A stretch of DNA of 64,000 bases from an uncultured bacterium (lineage in GTDB: Bacteria > Oederibacteriota > Oederibacteriia > Oederibacteriales > Oederibacteriaceae): assembly GCA_965112635.1 (NCBI GenBank), contig OZ218778.1, positions 2,112,001-2,176,000 of the forward strand. The letters are read 5' to 3'. Both the position numbers and the translations under genes were made by a program. Under the pieces are notes generated by a model that did no database searches, was not told where the DNA came from, and worked only from the letters and a program-made list of their open reading frames with translations. Every line of letters begins with the position of its first letter. Within the stretch, counting starts at the first letter, position 1. Positions 10,982-21,507 of the stretch are shown here, piece by piece.

Positions 10982-11398
10982 ATGGCTGATTATAACAAGA
11001 TAGGGGTATTGATCCTGAGGGACAAGAAAATCCTGATGTGCCGCAAGGACAACACCACTTCCAAATTGATCATGCCCGGCGGCTGCCTGGAGCAGGGAGA
11101 AGCGCCTTTGCAGTGCCTTCAGCGCGAGCTGAGGGAAGAGCTGGGTGAAGTCTCCCTTTCCAATCTTATTTACCTTGGCACTTATGCCGATAAGGCGGCT
11201 GTGGACGATCCGAAAGTGCATAAGACTTTGGAGATGGAGTTGTATCAGGGGGAGCTGACGGGCAGCCCCAGCCCCCATTCCGAGATCAAAGAACTAGTTT
11301 GGTACGGCAAGGAAGATGACCGCAGCTTCCTGACCCCCATCATGCTTAACAAGATACTACCTGACCTGATCAAACGCCGCATCTTGCCCTGGGAATAA
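10982..11398 (+). CDS. NUDIX hydrolase
   Basis: Nudix box PGGCLEQGEAPLQCLQRELREELG; PHSEIKELVW. Confidence 0.9.
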   Translation: MADYNKIGVLILRDKKILMCRKDNTTSKLIMPGGCLEQGEAPLQCLQRELREELGEVSLSNLIYLGTYADKAAVDDPKVHKTLEMELYQGELTGSPSPHSEIKELVWYGKEDDRSFLTPIMLNKILPDLIKRRILPWE

Positions 11399-11430
11399 GG
11401 GCATTGACCTTCCTGAATGACTGACAAGAG

Positions 11431-13317
11431 GTGACCTTGAAAAAGATCGAGTTGCTGGCCCCGGCTAAAGATTTGGAGTGCGGGAAAACCGCAATCGATT
11501 GCGGGGCTGATGCTGTTTACATGGGAGGCCCCTATTTCGGCGCCCGCGAAGCCGCGGCCAACTCCATCGAAGATATTGCGGCCATGGTCAAATACGCCCA
11601 TCCTTATTGGGCCAATGTTTATGTCACGATAAATACTATCCTCAAAGATGAAGAAGTCCTCCGGGCGGTCAACCTCATCAAGGAGCTGTACCAGATTGGC
11701 GTGGACGGTGTCCTTATCCAGGATGTCGGCCTTTTAGAATGCGACCTCCCAGCCATCCCTCTTATCGCCAGCACCCAGATTCACAATGCCTCTCCACAAC
11801 AGGTCGCTTTTTTGCAAAAAGCGGGTTTTAAACGGGCTGTCTTGGCCAGGGAACTGGACCTGGGCCAGATCCGGGCCATCCGCCAGGCAGCGCCGGATAT
11901 TGAGCTGGAGTTTTTCGTGCACGGAGCCCTATGCGTGGGTTACAGCGGTCAATGCTACCTGAGCTATTGCATGGGAGGCCGCAGCGCCAACCGGGGTGTC
12001 TGCGCCCAGCCTTGCCGCAAACCCTACCATTTGGTGGACAAGCACGGCTTGGTCAGAATTGACGGAAAATATCTCTTATCTCTGGCTGACCTCAATCTTT
12101 CCAGCCACTTGGGGTTACTTTTGGATAATGGCATCACTTCATTTAAAATCGAAGGCCGTCTCAAAGATAAGAACTATGTAGCCAATACCACGGCATTTTA
12201 TAGGGCTGAGATAGACAAGATTCTTAAGCACAAAAAAATGGCCAGGTCCTCCAGCGGGAGCTCCAAAATTGGGTTTGTGCCGGACGTCAACAAGACTTTT
12301 AACCGGGGCTACACGACCAGTTATTTTCTTTTTGGCCGCCGGAAACCTGTAGGGCAGCCATTGACGCCGAAGATGACAGGGGAGGCCGTGGGCAAAGTCA
12401 AGGCGGTCACTCAGGACGGGCTGGTCCTGGAAACTGCAGCGCTTCTCAAGCCCGGTGACGGCATCAGTTTTTTTGACCAGCAGATGAGGCTTTGCGGCAC
12501 TTCCATTGAAACGGTCAAGGGCAAAGCCATCACGGTCACAAAAAAACAGGGCCTTTTCCCAGGAACCGTTATTTTCCGCAACCATGACCATGAATTTTTG
12601 AGCAGTTTGGCCCGCAGTCCCAAACAGCGGGCTATTGCAGTGAAATTTATTCTTCGGACAGTAGCGGGGGGGTTGGAGTTATCCGTCAGGGATGAGGACG
12701 GCAATGAAGCCATGGCTATATGGAAAGGCAAGCTCGAACCCGCTGAAAATGCCGATAAGGCCCTGGCCAATATTTCCAGCCAACTTAAAAGCACGGGCGG
12801 AACAATATTCCGATGCGATACCGTTGAGGCCCATTGTGAACCTGTGTGTTTTCTCCGTACCGCTGAGCTGAATAGCCTGCGCCGGGACGCCCTAAAAAAG
12901 CTGGCGGATGCCAGAGTTCTGAACCGCCCTAAAAAGGAATCACCGTTGATCCCCAACGCAGAGCCCTATTTCCAAAAGGACCTGACCTACCAGGGCAATG
13001 TCCTCAACCGCTGGGCGCGGGCTTTTTACCAGAGGCACGGAGTTTCCCGTATGGAACCGGCGGCAGAAGCAGGAAAGGACATGGCCGGGCACAAGGTGAT
13101 GATGACCCGTTATTGCCTTAAATACGATTTTGGCCTATGTCAAAAGATGGGGAGCAAAAAAATCCTGGCAGAGCCATTATTCCTCATCGACGAGGAAGGA
13201 CATAAGCTTCGGCTGGAGTTTGATTGCAAGCGCTGCGGTATGAATATTTTCCTGGAAAAACCAAGCCATACCGGGCATCCAGCAAACTCCGGGCAGGTTG
13301 TCAAAAACACCAAGTAA
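11431..13317 (+). CDS. Peptidase U32 family Fe-S RNA hydroxylase, long RlhA-like form
   Basis: ELLAPA, GADAVYMG, HGALCVGYSGQC...SANRGVCAQPCR, SFKIEGR, plus a long C-terminal extension. Confidence 0.88.
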   Translation: MTLKKIELLAPAKDLECGKTAIDCGADAVYMGGPYFGAREAAANSIEDIAAMVKYAHPYWANVYVTINTILKDEEVLRAVNLIKELYQIGVDGVLIQDVGLLECDLPAIPLIASTQIHNASPQQVAFLQKAGFKRAVLARELDLGQIRAIRQAAPDIELEFFVHGALCVGYSGQCYLSYCMGGRSANRGVCAQPCRKPYHLVDKHGLVRIDGKYLLSLADLNLSSHLGLLLDNGITSFKIEGRLKDKNYVANTTAFYRAEIDKILKHKKMARSSSGSSKIGFVPDVNKTFNRGYTTSYFLFGRRKPVGQPLTPKMTGEAVGKVKAVTQDGLVLETAALLKPGDGISFFDQQMRLCGTSIETVKGKAITVTKKQGLFPGTVIFRNHDHEFLSSLARSPKQRAIAVKFILRTVAGGLELSVRDEDGNEAMAIWKGKLEPAENADKALANISSQLKSTGGTIFRCDTVEAHCEPVCFLRTAELNSLRRDALKKLADARVLNRPKKESPLIPNAEPYFQKDLTYQGNVLNRWARAFYQRHGVSRMEPAAEAGKDMAGHKVMMTRYCLKYDFGLCQKMGSKKILAEPLFLIDEEGHKLRLEFDCKRCGMNIFLEKPSHTGHPANSGQVVKNTK

Positions 13318-13351
13318 ATATATGATGGCTGTATGAAAAGACGGAGGTTTT

Positions 13352-14104
13352 ATGTTCCTAGGCATTGATATAGGCAATACCAATATTGTCCTTGGTTTGT
13401 TCGACAAGGATAAGCTGCTGACCACCCTGCGTCTGCATTCCGATATCAACAAGACCTGGGATGAATATACCCTTTTCGTGGAAACCTACCTAAAAGACAG
13501 TGTTGAGGCTGTTCAGGGTATTGCCGGGGCAAGCGTGGTCCCGGTTTTGACGCCGATATGGACGAGGCTTTGCAAAAATGTTTTCAAGAAAGCGCCTTTA
13601 TGGGTTGACCCTAGCACCCGTTTGGGGATAAAGGTTAAATTAAAAAATCCCAGGGAGATCGGGGCCGACCGACTGGTCAACGCGGCAGCTGCCTGGAAAC
13701 TCTACGGCGGACCGGCTATTGTAGTGGATTTCGGCACGGCCACGACCTTTGACGTCATTTCCAGGAAAGGCGAGTATCTGGGCGGCGTGATCGCTCCGGG
13801 AGCAGGTATCTCGGCCGAGGCGTTGTTCCAGAGAACAGCCAAACTGCCCAAAGTGGAGATCCAAAAACCAGCCACAGCCATTGGCACTTATACTATCCAG
13901 TGCATAGAGTCCGGTCTTTATTATGGAAGCATTGGACAAATAAAAGAAATATTGAGCGTCATTAAGAAGGAGCTCAAGGGTAAGCCCAGGGTCATTGCCA
14001 CTGGCGGCTTGGCTCCTCTATTTAAGAAAACAGGGCTGTTTAACGCCATTGACCAGGACCTTACCTTAACTGGCCTGAAGATCGCCTATGAAAAACAACG
14101 GTAA
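13352..14104 (+). CDS. coaX: Type III pantothenate kinase
   Basis: IDIGNTN, ASVVP, IGADR, VVDFGTATTFD, GGVIAPG, IATGG. Confidence 0.95.
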   Translation: MFLGIDIGNTNIVLGLFDKDKLLTTLRLHSDINKTWDEYTLFVETYLKDSVEAVQGIAGASVVPVLTPIWTRLCKNVFKKAPLWVDPSTRLGIKVKLKNPREIGADRLVNAAAAWKLYGGPAIVVDFGTATTFDVISRKGEYLGGVIAPGAGISAEALFQRTAKLPKVEIQKPATAIGTYTIQCIESGLYYGSIGQIKEILSVIKKELKGKPRVIATGGLAPLFKKTGLFNAIDQDLTLTGLKIAYEKQR

Positions 14105-14813
14105 TCGCCGAGAGGTCCTCCAGCTATTAAAGGACCATATTAAAGAACGACAGCTCCACGATGAAAAGGTAGTGCTGGAATTAGGGACACCGCTCAGTAA
14201 AACCACAGATGCGGTTCAAAGTTCAAAATCAGTTGAAAATAACCCTTTTGAGTTGACTGATTTGGAGGATTTTAATAAAGCCATTTGCGATTGCCAAAAA
14301 TGCCCGTTGGGCAAGACGCGCAAGAAGTTCGTTTTTGGGGAAGGTCCGCAAACGGCTGAGCTTGTATTCGTGGGCGAGGCGCCCGGAGAAGAAGAAGACC
14401 TGCAGGGAAGGCCTTTTGTGGGCGAGGCCGGCAAGCTGCTGACCAAGATCATTGAGGCCATGGGGCTCAAAAGGGAAGATGTTTTTATCTGCAATGTCCT
14501 CAAGTGCCGGCCGCCCCAGAACCGCGAGCCCCAACCTTCCGAAATAGAACAATGCCAGCCGTATCTCAAGCACCAGCTAAAGATCATCCAGCCCAAAGCC
14601 ATCTGCGCATTGGGTTCTTTTGCCGCCAAAACCCTGCTCCAAAGCGAGCGCAGCATCGGACAGCTGAGAGGCAAGCTGTTCGAATATGAAGGAATTCCCC
14701 TTGTCCCCACCTACCATCCGGCAGCATGCCTGTATCATCCGGACAATAAGAAGTTCGTGTGGAAAGACGTGCAGGAAGTCATGAAAGTTCTGAAGGACAA
14801 AAAGGGGGTATAG
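14088..14813 (+). CDS. Uracil-DNA glycosylase family 4 (4Fe-4S)
   Basis: CQKCPL, VGEAPG, GRPFVG, NVLKCRPPQNR, TYHPAA. Confidence 0.93.
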   Translation: MKNNGNRREVLQLLKDHIKERQLHDEKVVLELGTPLSKTTDAVQSSKSVENNPFELTDLEDFNKAICDCQKCPLGKTRKKFVFGEGPQTAELVFVGEAPGEEEDLQGRPFVGEAGKLLTKIIEAMGLKREDVFICNVLKCRPPQNREPQPSEIEQCQPYLKHQLKIIQPKAICALGSFAAKTLLQSERSIGQLRGKLFEYEGIPLVPTYHPAACLYHPDNKKFVWKDVQEVMKVLKDKKGV

Positions 14814-14819
14814 TATAAT

Positions 14820-15947
14820 TTGGTTATGATGAACAAAAAAATCTTAGTCCTTTGTATCGCTCTTTTCGCCGTAGTCCTCTGCCAGTACGGAATTGGCCAG
14901 GAAAAGCCCCGCCCAATGATTTCCATCCCTATTTTGGCTTACCACCGTTTCAGCACTGACCTGACCGTGAAGAAAGAAAGCTCGGTCATCGATACCCAGC
15001 CCGAGAAGTTCGCCTCGGAAATGCAGTACCTAAAGGACAACGGCTATGAAGCTGTGAGCATGGATATTTTCCTGAAAGAAAACCTGAAGAAGCCCCTTCC
15101 TGCCAAGCCCGTGATCATTTGCTTTGACGACGGCTGGAAAAGCGCCTATAGCGTGGCTTTTCCCGTCCTAAAAAAGCTGGGGTTTACGGCCAACCTGTTC
15201 CTGGTCACCTCCTGCATCGGCGCGCCGGCTTTTTTAGACTGGCCCCAGTGCCGGGAAATGGCCGCGGCAGGGTTCACCATCTGTTCGCACTCGATCACGC
15301 ATGCCCATTTGACCCGTTTTCTGGACAAGGAAAAACCAGCTGACTACATCAAGCGTATCAGGTTCGAGCTGGAGGACTCCAAAAGAGTTTTGGAGAAACA
15401 GCTAGGCAATCCGGTAAGACATTTTGCCTATCCCTACGGAGATTACACCGAAGCTGTAGCGTTCCTAGCCAAGCAGGCAGGATATGAAACCCTGGACTTG
15501 GCCACGGACGGGGTTAATCCCTATCCAGCCGATCCCTCACGGATCTACCGTTTTATGGCCAGCAAACAAGAGGGGCCTAAAACCCTCAAAAGATGGCTGA
15601 ACTATCTTCCCCTGGCTATTAACTCGCCCCAGCCGGGAGACGGCAGCGTTATCCACAGCCGCGACCCCCATTTCAGCGCCGTGATTGATCCCCAGGCTTT
15701 TCCCGCCGATGTGACCATTGTCGGCCGCCTGGGAGAGGTATCGTATCCGTGTTCGTTTGATCCCCAAAAAGGTTTGGTGGCCTGGAGAGTGCCTTTTCAC
15801 CTGCGCATGGGTTTGCATGTGGCATCGGTCAATGTGACCGACCTGCAAACAGGGAAAATATACAGGGGGGCCTGGACTTTTGCGGTCAAATCCAGGGTTG
15901 ATTGCGACAAGTACCAGTTAGTCAAGAACCTTTTAAACCTACCCTGA
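14820..15947 (+). CDS. Exported polysaccharide deacetylase (CE4/NodB) with a C-terminal beta-sandwich
   Basis: Signal peptide, PILAYH, ICFDDG, SHSITH, FAYPYG. Confidence 0.85.
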   Translation: MVMMNKKILVLCIALFAVVLCQYGIGQEKPRPMISIPILAYHRFSTDLTVKKESSVIDTQPEKFASEMQYLKDNGYEAVSMDIFLKENLKKPLPAKPVIICFDDGWKSAYSVAFPVLKKLGFTANLFLVTSCIGAPAFLDWPQCREMAAAGFTICSHSITHAHLTRFLDKEKPADYIKRIRFELEDSKRVLEKQLGNPVRHFAYPYGDYTEAVAFLAKQAGYETLDLATDGVNPYPADPSRIYRFMASKQEGPKTLKRWLNYLPLAINSPQPGDGSVIHSRDPHFSAVIDPQAFPADVTIVGRLGEVSYPCSFDPQKGLVAWRVPFHLRMGLHVASVNVTDLQTGKIYRGAWTFAVKSRVDCDKYQLVKNLLNLP

Positions 15948-15957
15948 GGATTAAAAA

Positions 15958-17064
15958 ATGGCCATGACTTCACGGGAACGAATGCTGACAGCTCTGTCCA
16001 ACGGCCGTCCCGACCGGCTTCCCTGCCAGGTGCACGGATGGATGTCGTATTACCTCGACCATTATCTGGGCGGTATGGATGAATGGCAGGCCTATGAGAA
16101 ATTCGGTATGGACTACGCCATCTATGTCAGCCCCCATTATATCTATGACCAGAAAGATTTGGCCAACTGGTCGGTCAAATACACGGACCTCGGCCGTGAC
16201 GCCAACGGCAACAGGGCCGGGCTGGAGACCATCACCACCCCCAAGGGAGTTCTGCGCAGAAAAGCCCTGCATACGGATATCACTGCTTTTGACACGGAAC
16301 ATCTGCTGAAAAATATCCAGGATTTTGAGATTTGGAACAAGTTTTGCCCCGTGCCCATCGCGGTTGATTTTGCTCCCATTCAGCAGGTCAAGGAGCGTCT
16401 GGGGGATAAAGGCATCGTTCGGTCCCATCCGTTCAGCCCGGGACAGGGGAGCCCGTGGCAGAGTTTTTGCACCCTGTTCGGCACCGAACCATCCATTGTC
16501 CTGGGGATGGATGAGCCCCAGACCCTGCACCATATCCTGGAGGCTATTGTCCTAAAAACCCTGCGGGTGACCGAGATGTGGAAGGGCACACCCGCGGACA
16601 TGGTCGAGGTCGGCGGAGGCGCGGGGTCCAGCACGGTCATCAGTCCAAAATTTTACAGAGAGTTCGGCCTGCCCTATGACCAGCGCCAGAACGTGCTTAT
16701 GCACGAGGCCGGGCTCAAGGTGGTCAACCACTTTTGCGGAGGCCTGATGCCCATGCTGGAACTGGTCGTGGAAAGCGGAGCTGACGGCCTGGAGACCATG
16801 ACCCCTCCGGCCAAGGGCGGGGACTGTAATCTGGCCGAGGCTTCCCGCAGGGTGGGAGACAAGCTGTTTTTTATCGGCGGGTTCGACCAGAACGCAGGCT
16901 TTGAGAACGGCACGCCCCAAAAGGCCCGTCAGCTGGTGCTGGAATGTTTTGAGGCCACCAAGGACCATGCGGGATATATCCTCTGCCCCTCGGACCACTT
17001 TTTCCAGGGCGATCCTGCCTGTCTCCAGGCTTTTGCGGACGCCGCCAAAGAATGCGTGTATTGA
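15958..17064 (+). CDS. URO-D / MtaA-like TIM-barrel protein
   Basis: MTSRERML...PDRLP N-terminus, ISPKFYREFGLPY, HFCG, GGFDQ, GYILCPSDH. Confidence 0.8.
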   Translation: MAMTSRERMLTALSNGRPDRLPCQVHGWMSYYLDHYLGGMDEWQAYEKFGMDYAIYVSPHYIYDQKDLANWSVKYTDLGRDANGNRAGLETITTPKGVLRRKALHTDITAFDTEHLLKNIQDFEIWNKFCPVPIAVDFAPIQQVKERLGDKGIVRSHPFSPGQGSPWQSFCTLFGTEPSIVLGMDEPQTLHHILEAIVLKTLRVTEMWKGTPADMVEVGGGAGSSTVISPKFYREFGLPYDQRQNVLMHEAGLKVVNHFCGGLMPMLELVVESGADGLETMTPPAKGGDCNLAEASRRVGDKLFFIGGFDQNAGFENGTPQKARQLVLECFEATKDHAGYILCPSDHFFQGDPACLQAFADAAKECVY

Positions 17065-17133
17065 TGAAAACCAACCGGCCTTGGGTCGATCTTCAGATGG
17101 TCAGCCCTTGGGCAGGTAGTAGAATGGTGAGCT

Positions 17134-17943
17134 ATGAAAACAGGTAAAGAGCTTATTCAGGATATTGATTCTTACAAACCCGATGCTGATCATTGCGCGT
17201 TCTGGTGGCTGGGCCAGCACAGCTTCGTGCTGAAATCCAGGGAAGGGGTATGCTATTTGGATCCTTTCCTGACCCCCATCCAGGGACGCCAGGCCGCCCC
17301 GCCTCTGGCACCTTCTGACATCGCCAATGCGACGCTCATTCTGGGAAGCCATGACCACGCCGACCATATTGACCGGGATGCCTGGCCCATGCTGGCCAAG
17401 GCGTCTCCGCAGGCCAAGTTTGTGGTGCCGGATCTCCTCCGCGCGCGCGTCGCGGGAGAATTAAACCTGCCTTTGGAGCGTGTGGCCGGGGTTGATCAGT
17501 TCATCAACTTTGAACATAGCGGGATCAAGATTACCGGAGTCCCCGCGGCCCATGAGTTCCTTGACGCTGATCCCAACACCGGACTCCATCCCTACCTGGG
17601 ATTTGTCCTGGAATTATCCGGATTGACCGTTTACCATGCCGGGGATACATGCATGTATGAAGGCATGCAGGAAATATTGCGCTTCTGGAATTTGGACCTG
17701 GCCTTTTTGCCCATCAACGGCAGGGACGCGAAACGCCTTCGCTCAAACTGTATCGGTAACATGACCTACCAGGAGGCAGCAGACCTGGCTGGTGCGATCC
17801 AGCCCCGGCTGACGGTCCCGGCACATTTTGACATGTTCCAGGGGAACATGGAGAACCCGGCGCTTTTCGCGGACTACATGGCGGTGAAGTACCCGGACAT
17901 CAAGGTCTGCGTCCCGCAGTACGGCCAGAGGACCATCGTGTGA
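17134..17943 (+). CDS. Metallo-beta-lactamase-fold hydrolase (UlaG-like)
   Basis: WWLGQHSF, SHDHADHID, YHAGDT, LPING, VPAHFDMF. Confidence 0.88.
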   Translation: MKTGKELIQDIDSYKPDADHCAFWWLGQHSFVLKSREGVCYLDPFLTPIQGRQAAPPLAPSDIANATLILGSHDHADHIDRDAWPMLAKASPQAKFVVPDLLRARVAGELNLPLERVAGVDQFINFEHSGIKITGVPAAHEFLDADPNTGLHPYLGFVLELSGLTVYHAGDTCMYEGMQEILRFWNLDLAFLPINGRDAKRLRSNCIGNMTYQEAADLAGAIQPRLTVPAHFDMFQGNMENPALFADYMAVKYPDIKVCVPQYGQRTIV

Positions 17944-18992
17944 ATACCCTTCAAGACCTAGAATTCAAAAAAGACTTAGGACAGGCGCGGGATTTTTGGG
18001 ACGCATTTTGGAAAGGGCGGCAGTTGGGCCGTCCGGCGCTGTACATCGTTGTGCCGAAACTGGGATTTTCCGGAGTGGAAATGCCTTATCCGGTCCGGCC
18101 TGACCAGCCCCTGGAACCGCTGATCGCCGCGATCGAAGGATACGGACTAAGCCGCCATTTTCTCGCAGAGGCTATCCCGTTCTTCATGATGGAATTCGGG
18201 CCGGAACATTTTGCCAACTTTCTCGGGGCGGAAATGCGCTACGGGTCCAATACGGGCTGGATCGTGCCGTGCGTGGAAAATTGGGATGATTTCGAGATCC
18301 GCCTGCATGCCGAGTCGGCCCCCTGGCTTAAAACTATAGAAATTATCCGTACCTTAAGGGAACGCTTGGGCGGGAAACTCTTCATCAATATGCCGGTGCT
18401 TTCAGCCGGATTGGATGCGCTTTCGGCCCTCCGCGGGCCGGAAAAGTTATTGATGGATCTGGCTGATTGTCCGGAGAAGATCGCCGCGGCGCTGAAAAAG
18501 GTCTGCGCGGTTTATGATGAGGTCGTCAAGGGCATGGCCGAGGTCTGCGACTGGGACCGTACCGGCAGCCTTAATTGGAACGGCATGTACCACCCGGGAC
18601 GCATCAACACTATCCAGTGCGATTGTTCAGGCATGATCAGCCCGGATCTTTTCCGGGAACTGGCGATTCCCTGCCTGGTTCACGAGGCCAGCCACTATCA
18701 GGCGGTCACCTACCATCTGGACGGACCGCAGGCCCTCAAGCATCTGGAAGCGTTGTGCGCTCTTCCCGAGTTAGACGTGATCCAGTACATGCCCGGGCTC
18801 CAGGAAACCAAGGAAGCCATAGAGAACACTTACCATCGTATAGCCAGCCTGGGGAAGGGAGTTGTCGTTGTACGCGGCGCTGATCCGGAGATGGTGCGCC
18901 GGATCTGGAATGAATTTCCAGACCGCAAACTCGTGTTCCACATGACCTTTCCTACGGTTAAAGAGGCGGAAAAGTTCATCGCATCATTCTAA
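17940..18992 (+). CDS. URO-D / MtaA superfamily protein (HLDG variant)
   Basis: LDALSALRGPEKLLMDL, QCDCSGMISPDLFRELAIP, YHLDGPQAL. Confidence 0.7.
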   Translation: MNTLQDLEFKKDLGQARDFWDAFWKGRQLGRPALYIVVPKLGFSGVEMPYPVRPDQPLEPLIAAIEGYGLSRHFLAEAIPFFMMEFGPEHFANFLGAEMRYGSNTGWIVPCVENWDDFEIRLHAESAPWLKTIEIIRTLRERLGGKLFINMPVLSAGLDALSALRGPEKLLMDLADCPEKIAAALKKVCAVYDEVVKGMAEVCDWDRTGSLNWNGMYHPGRINTIQCDCSGMISPDLFRELAIPCLVHEASHYQAVTYHLDGPQALKHLEALCALPELDVIQYMPGLQETKEAIENTYHRIASLGKGVVVVRGADPEMVRRIWNEFPDRKLVFHMTFPTVKEAEKFIASF

Positions 18993-19020
18993 GGATTCCA
19001 AATTCCCAAAGAGGTACTTT

Positions 19021-20124
19021 GTGACCATAGACCAGTTGATGGACGAGCTCCAGAGCAAGATCGCCAGCCCTGCGCACCAGGCGAGGAAGAACGCGCTTGA
19101 GCCCCGCTTTTACACTTATTTGGAAAACCTGGGAGAGGTCCAGCTTTTCGGCTACAACCTGAACAAATACCTCACCAACGCGGTCTTTAACTGCGAGATG
19201 CAGCTCAGGCAGAAACTTTTCTGCCTCGAAAATTTCAGCGACGACAGCTTTTTCGGTATGGATGTGAGCGCGGCCGTGGGCATGTATTTTGAGTATACCC
19301 TGGTCGGTCTCGATGTCCGGCACCAGGACGACGGCGTTCCGCACATCCAGGACGACCATCCGCTGAGCGTCACTCCGGACCTGAAACTCCTGAAGCCCCA
19401 TGATTTCAAGACCAGCGGGTTTATGCCCAGGATCTTCCGGCTGTACGAAGACCTGAAAAAACTGGGCAAAGACCGGCTCAATGTTATTTTTCCTATCTGG
19501 CAGCGCGGTCCCCTGGACATGGCTATCCAGTTGCGCGGTTATGACCGCTTCATCATGGACACGGCAGAACGTCCGGAGTTCGTTCACGGCCTGATGAAAT
19601 ACCTGAACCAAGAGCGTATGCGCTGGTGGGAAGCCTACCGCCAATTTTCCGGCAGCAGGGAAGAGTCGGCCCAGATACACGATGACTGGATAAATGTTCC
19701 CTTCATATCCCCGGCTATGTTCGAGGAATTTGTCCTGCCGCGCTACCTGGAACTGGAGGCTTTTCACGGCAAGATCCCCTACATCCATTCCTGCGGCAAC
19801 AAGGTTCCGGTCCAGAAAATGCTGGAACAGATCAAGACTCTCGAGGTGCATGAGGTCAACCACTGGACCGACTTGGAAGCCACGCTGTCCAATGTGCCTG
19901 CAATAAAGTTTCTAAACATCAGCCTTCTTAATACCGAGGTGTTATTGGCGGACGAGGTCAAGATGCGCCGGGAACTGCAGCGCATTGTGCGGCTCTGTCA
20001 GGGCCGCCATTACAGCGTGTGCGCCCAGGCCATTGAAAAGGTACATGATGATATGGCCGAAGATATCGCCCAGGTCAAACGGTGGCTGGTTATTGCCCGG
20101 GAAGTATTGCGCCCCGCTAAATGA
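19021..20124 (+). CDS. URO-D / MtaA superfamily protein
   Basis: GPLDMAIQLRG, IHDD...FISPAMFEEFVLPRY, HSCG zinc-type motif. Confidence 0.75.
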   Translation: MTIDQLMDELQSKIASPAHQARKNALEPRFYTYLENLGEVQLFGYNLNKYLTNAVFNCEMQLRQKLFCLENFSDDSFFGMDVSAAVGMYFEYTLVGLDVRHQDDGVPHIQDDHPLSVTPDLKLLKPHDFKTSGFMPRIFRLYEDLKKLGKDRLNVIFPIWQRGPLDMAIQLRGYDRFIMDTAERPEFVHGLMKYLNQERMRWWEAYRQFSGSREESAQIHDDWINVPFISPAMFEEFVLPRYLELEAFHGKIPYIHSCGNKVPVQKMLEQIKTLEVHEVNHWTDLEATLSNVPAIKFLNISLLNTEVLLADEVKMRRELQRIVRLCQGRHYSVCAQAIEKVHDDMAEDIAQVKRWLVIAREVLRPAK

Positions 20125-20151
20125 TATCGAGGTAGGAGATAAAATAATACT

Positions 20152-21486
20152 GTGAAACCAAATATTGTGCGTGCTTTTCATGTGATGACCAAGCCCATCG
20201 GGCCGGTATGCAACCTGGATTGCCAATACTGCTTTTATACCGAGAAAACAAAATTTTACCCGCAAACCCAAGATTTCAAGATGTCCGATAAAGTATTAGA
20301 AAATTATATCCGCCAGTATATCGAGGCCCAGGATGTTCCGGAAATAAGCTTTGCCTGGCAGGGCGGGGAGCCGACCCTTTTGGGAATAGAATTTTTCCAG
20401 CACGCCGTAGACCTGCAAAAAAAGTATTTGCCGATGGGAAAACGGGTATTCAACGCCATCCAGACCAACGGGACCCTGTTAGATGATGCATGGTGCAAGT
20501 TCCTGCGGGACAATAAATTTTTGGTGGGGCTGAGCCTGGACGGGCCTGAACCTTTGCATGACCGCTATCGCCGGGATAAAGCAGGCCAGCCTACTTTTGA
20601 AATGGTGATGGAAGGACTGGAGCTTTTGAAAGAGCATCAGGTGGATTTCAATATCCTGACCGTGGTCAACCGCGCTAATTCCCAGAAGCCCCTGGAAGTC
20701 TACCGGTTTTTGAAACAAAGCGGGGCAACATTTCTGCAGTTCATACCTTTGGTGGAACGGGTCATCTCCGGCGGTACTCTGGCGGGTCCGCCATCCCAAA
20801 TAGATAGCGGGGAAGCTCCAAGGCTCAGTGAGGCGAGCCCGCTACTCAGCGAGGCAAGCGTGGAGCCTCTGGCTTTTGGTAAATTTCTTAACGAAATATT
20901 CCAGGAATGGGTGCACCATGATGTGGGAAAGGTTTTTGTCCAGCTTTTTGACGTGCAGCTGGGCATCCAGATGGGCCGTTCCTCCACGCTGTGCTATTTT
21001 TCCAAGACCTGCGGCCAGGCTCTGGCCCTGGAGCACAACGGCGACCTGTTTCCCTGCGACCATTACGTGTATCCGGAGTTAAAATTGGGGAATATGATGG
21101 AAGCCCCTTTGGCTGAAATGGCGCACTCGGAGAAACAGGTAAAATTTGGCCAGGACAAATCCGCTGGCCTGCCGGGTTATTGCCGAAAATGCCAGTTCCT
21201 GTATGCCTGTAACGGGGAGTGCCCCAAGCATCGCTTCCGGAAAACCGCGGATGGAGAGTTTGGGCTGAACTATTTGTGCGAAGGGTATAAAGCCTTTTTC
21301 GGTTTTGCCGGCCCTTATCTGGGAAGGCTTGCTGATATGCTCAGGGTGGGCAGGCCGGCCTCGGACATCATGACTCTCTTAGCGGGTAAGGACTATCTTT
21401 CCCAGCCCAAGTCCGTTGGCCGCAACGACCCCTGCCCCTGTGGCAGCCGCATAAAATACAAAAAATGCCACGGGGCCGCCACTTAG
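20152..21486 (+). CDS. Anaerobic sulfatase-maturating radical SAM/SPASM enzyme with C-terminal SEC-C motif
   Basis: [28 protein letters not shown] cysteines (CDHYVY, CRKC...CNGECPKHR), [10 protein letters not shown]; next to sulfatases. Confidence 0.93.
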   Translation: MKPNIVRAFHVMTKPIGPVCNLDCQYCFYTEKTKFYPQTQDFKMSDKVLENYIRQYIEAQDVPEISFAWQGGEPTLLGIEFFQHAVDLQKKYLPMGKRVFNAIQTNGTLLDDAWCKFLRDNKFLVGLSLDGPEPLHDRYRRDKAGQPTFEMVMEGLELLKEHQVDFNILTVVNRANSQKPLEVYRFLKQSGATFLQFIPLVERVISGGTLAGPPSQIDSGEAPRLSEASPLLSEASVEPLAFGKFLNEIFQEWVHHDVGKVFVQLFDVQLGIQMGRSSTLCYFSKTCGQALALEHNGDLFPCDHYVYPELKLGNMMEAPLAEMAHSEKQVKFGQDKSAGLPGYCRKCQFLYACNGECPKHRFRKTADGEFGLNYLCEGYKAFFGFAGPYLGRLADMLRVGRPASDIMTLLAGKDYLSQPKSVGRNDPCPCGSRIKYKKCHGAAT

Positions 21487-21507
21487 CAATACTTATACCC
21501 CCATTGG

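Noticed and set aside
18976-19863. 295-aa minus-strand ORF
   Set aside because: Antisense shadow of the URO-D-like gene with no recognisable motif.
15958-20124. hemE assignment for the URO-D-like genes
   Set aside because: They lack the HemE RQAGR motif and have no tetrapyrrole gene context.
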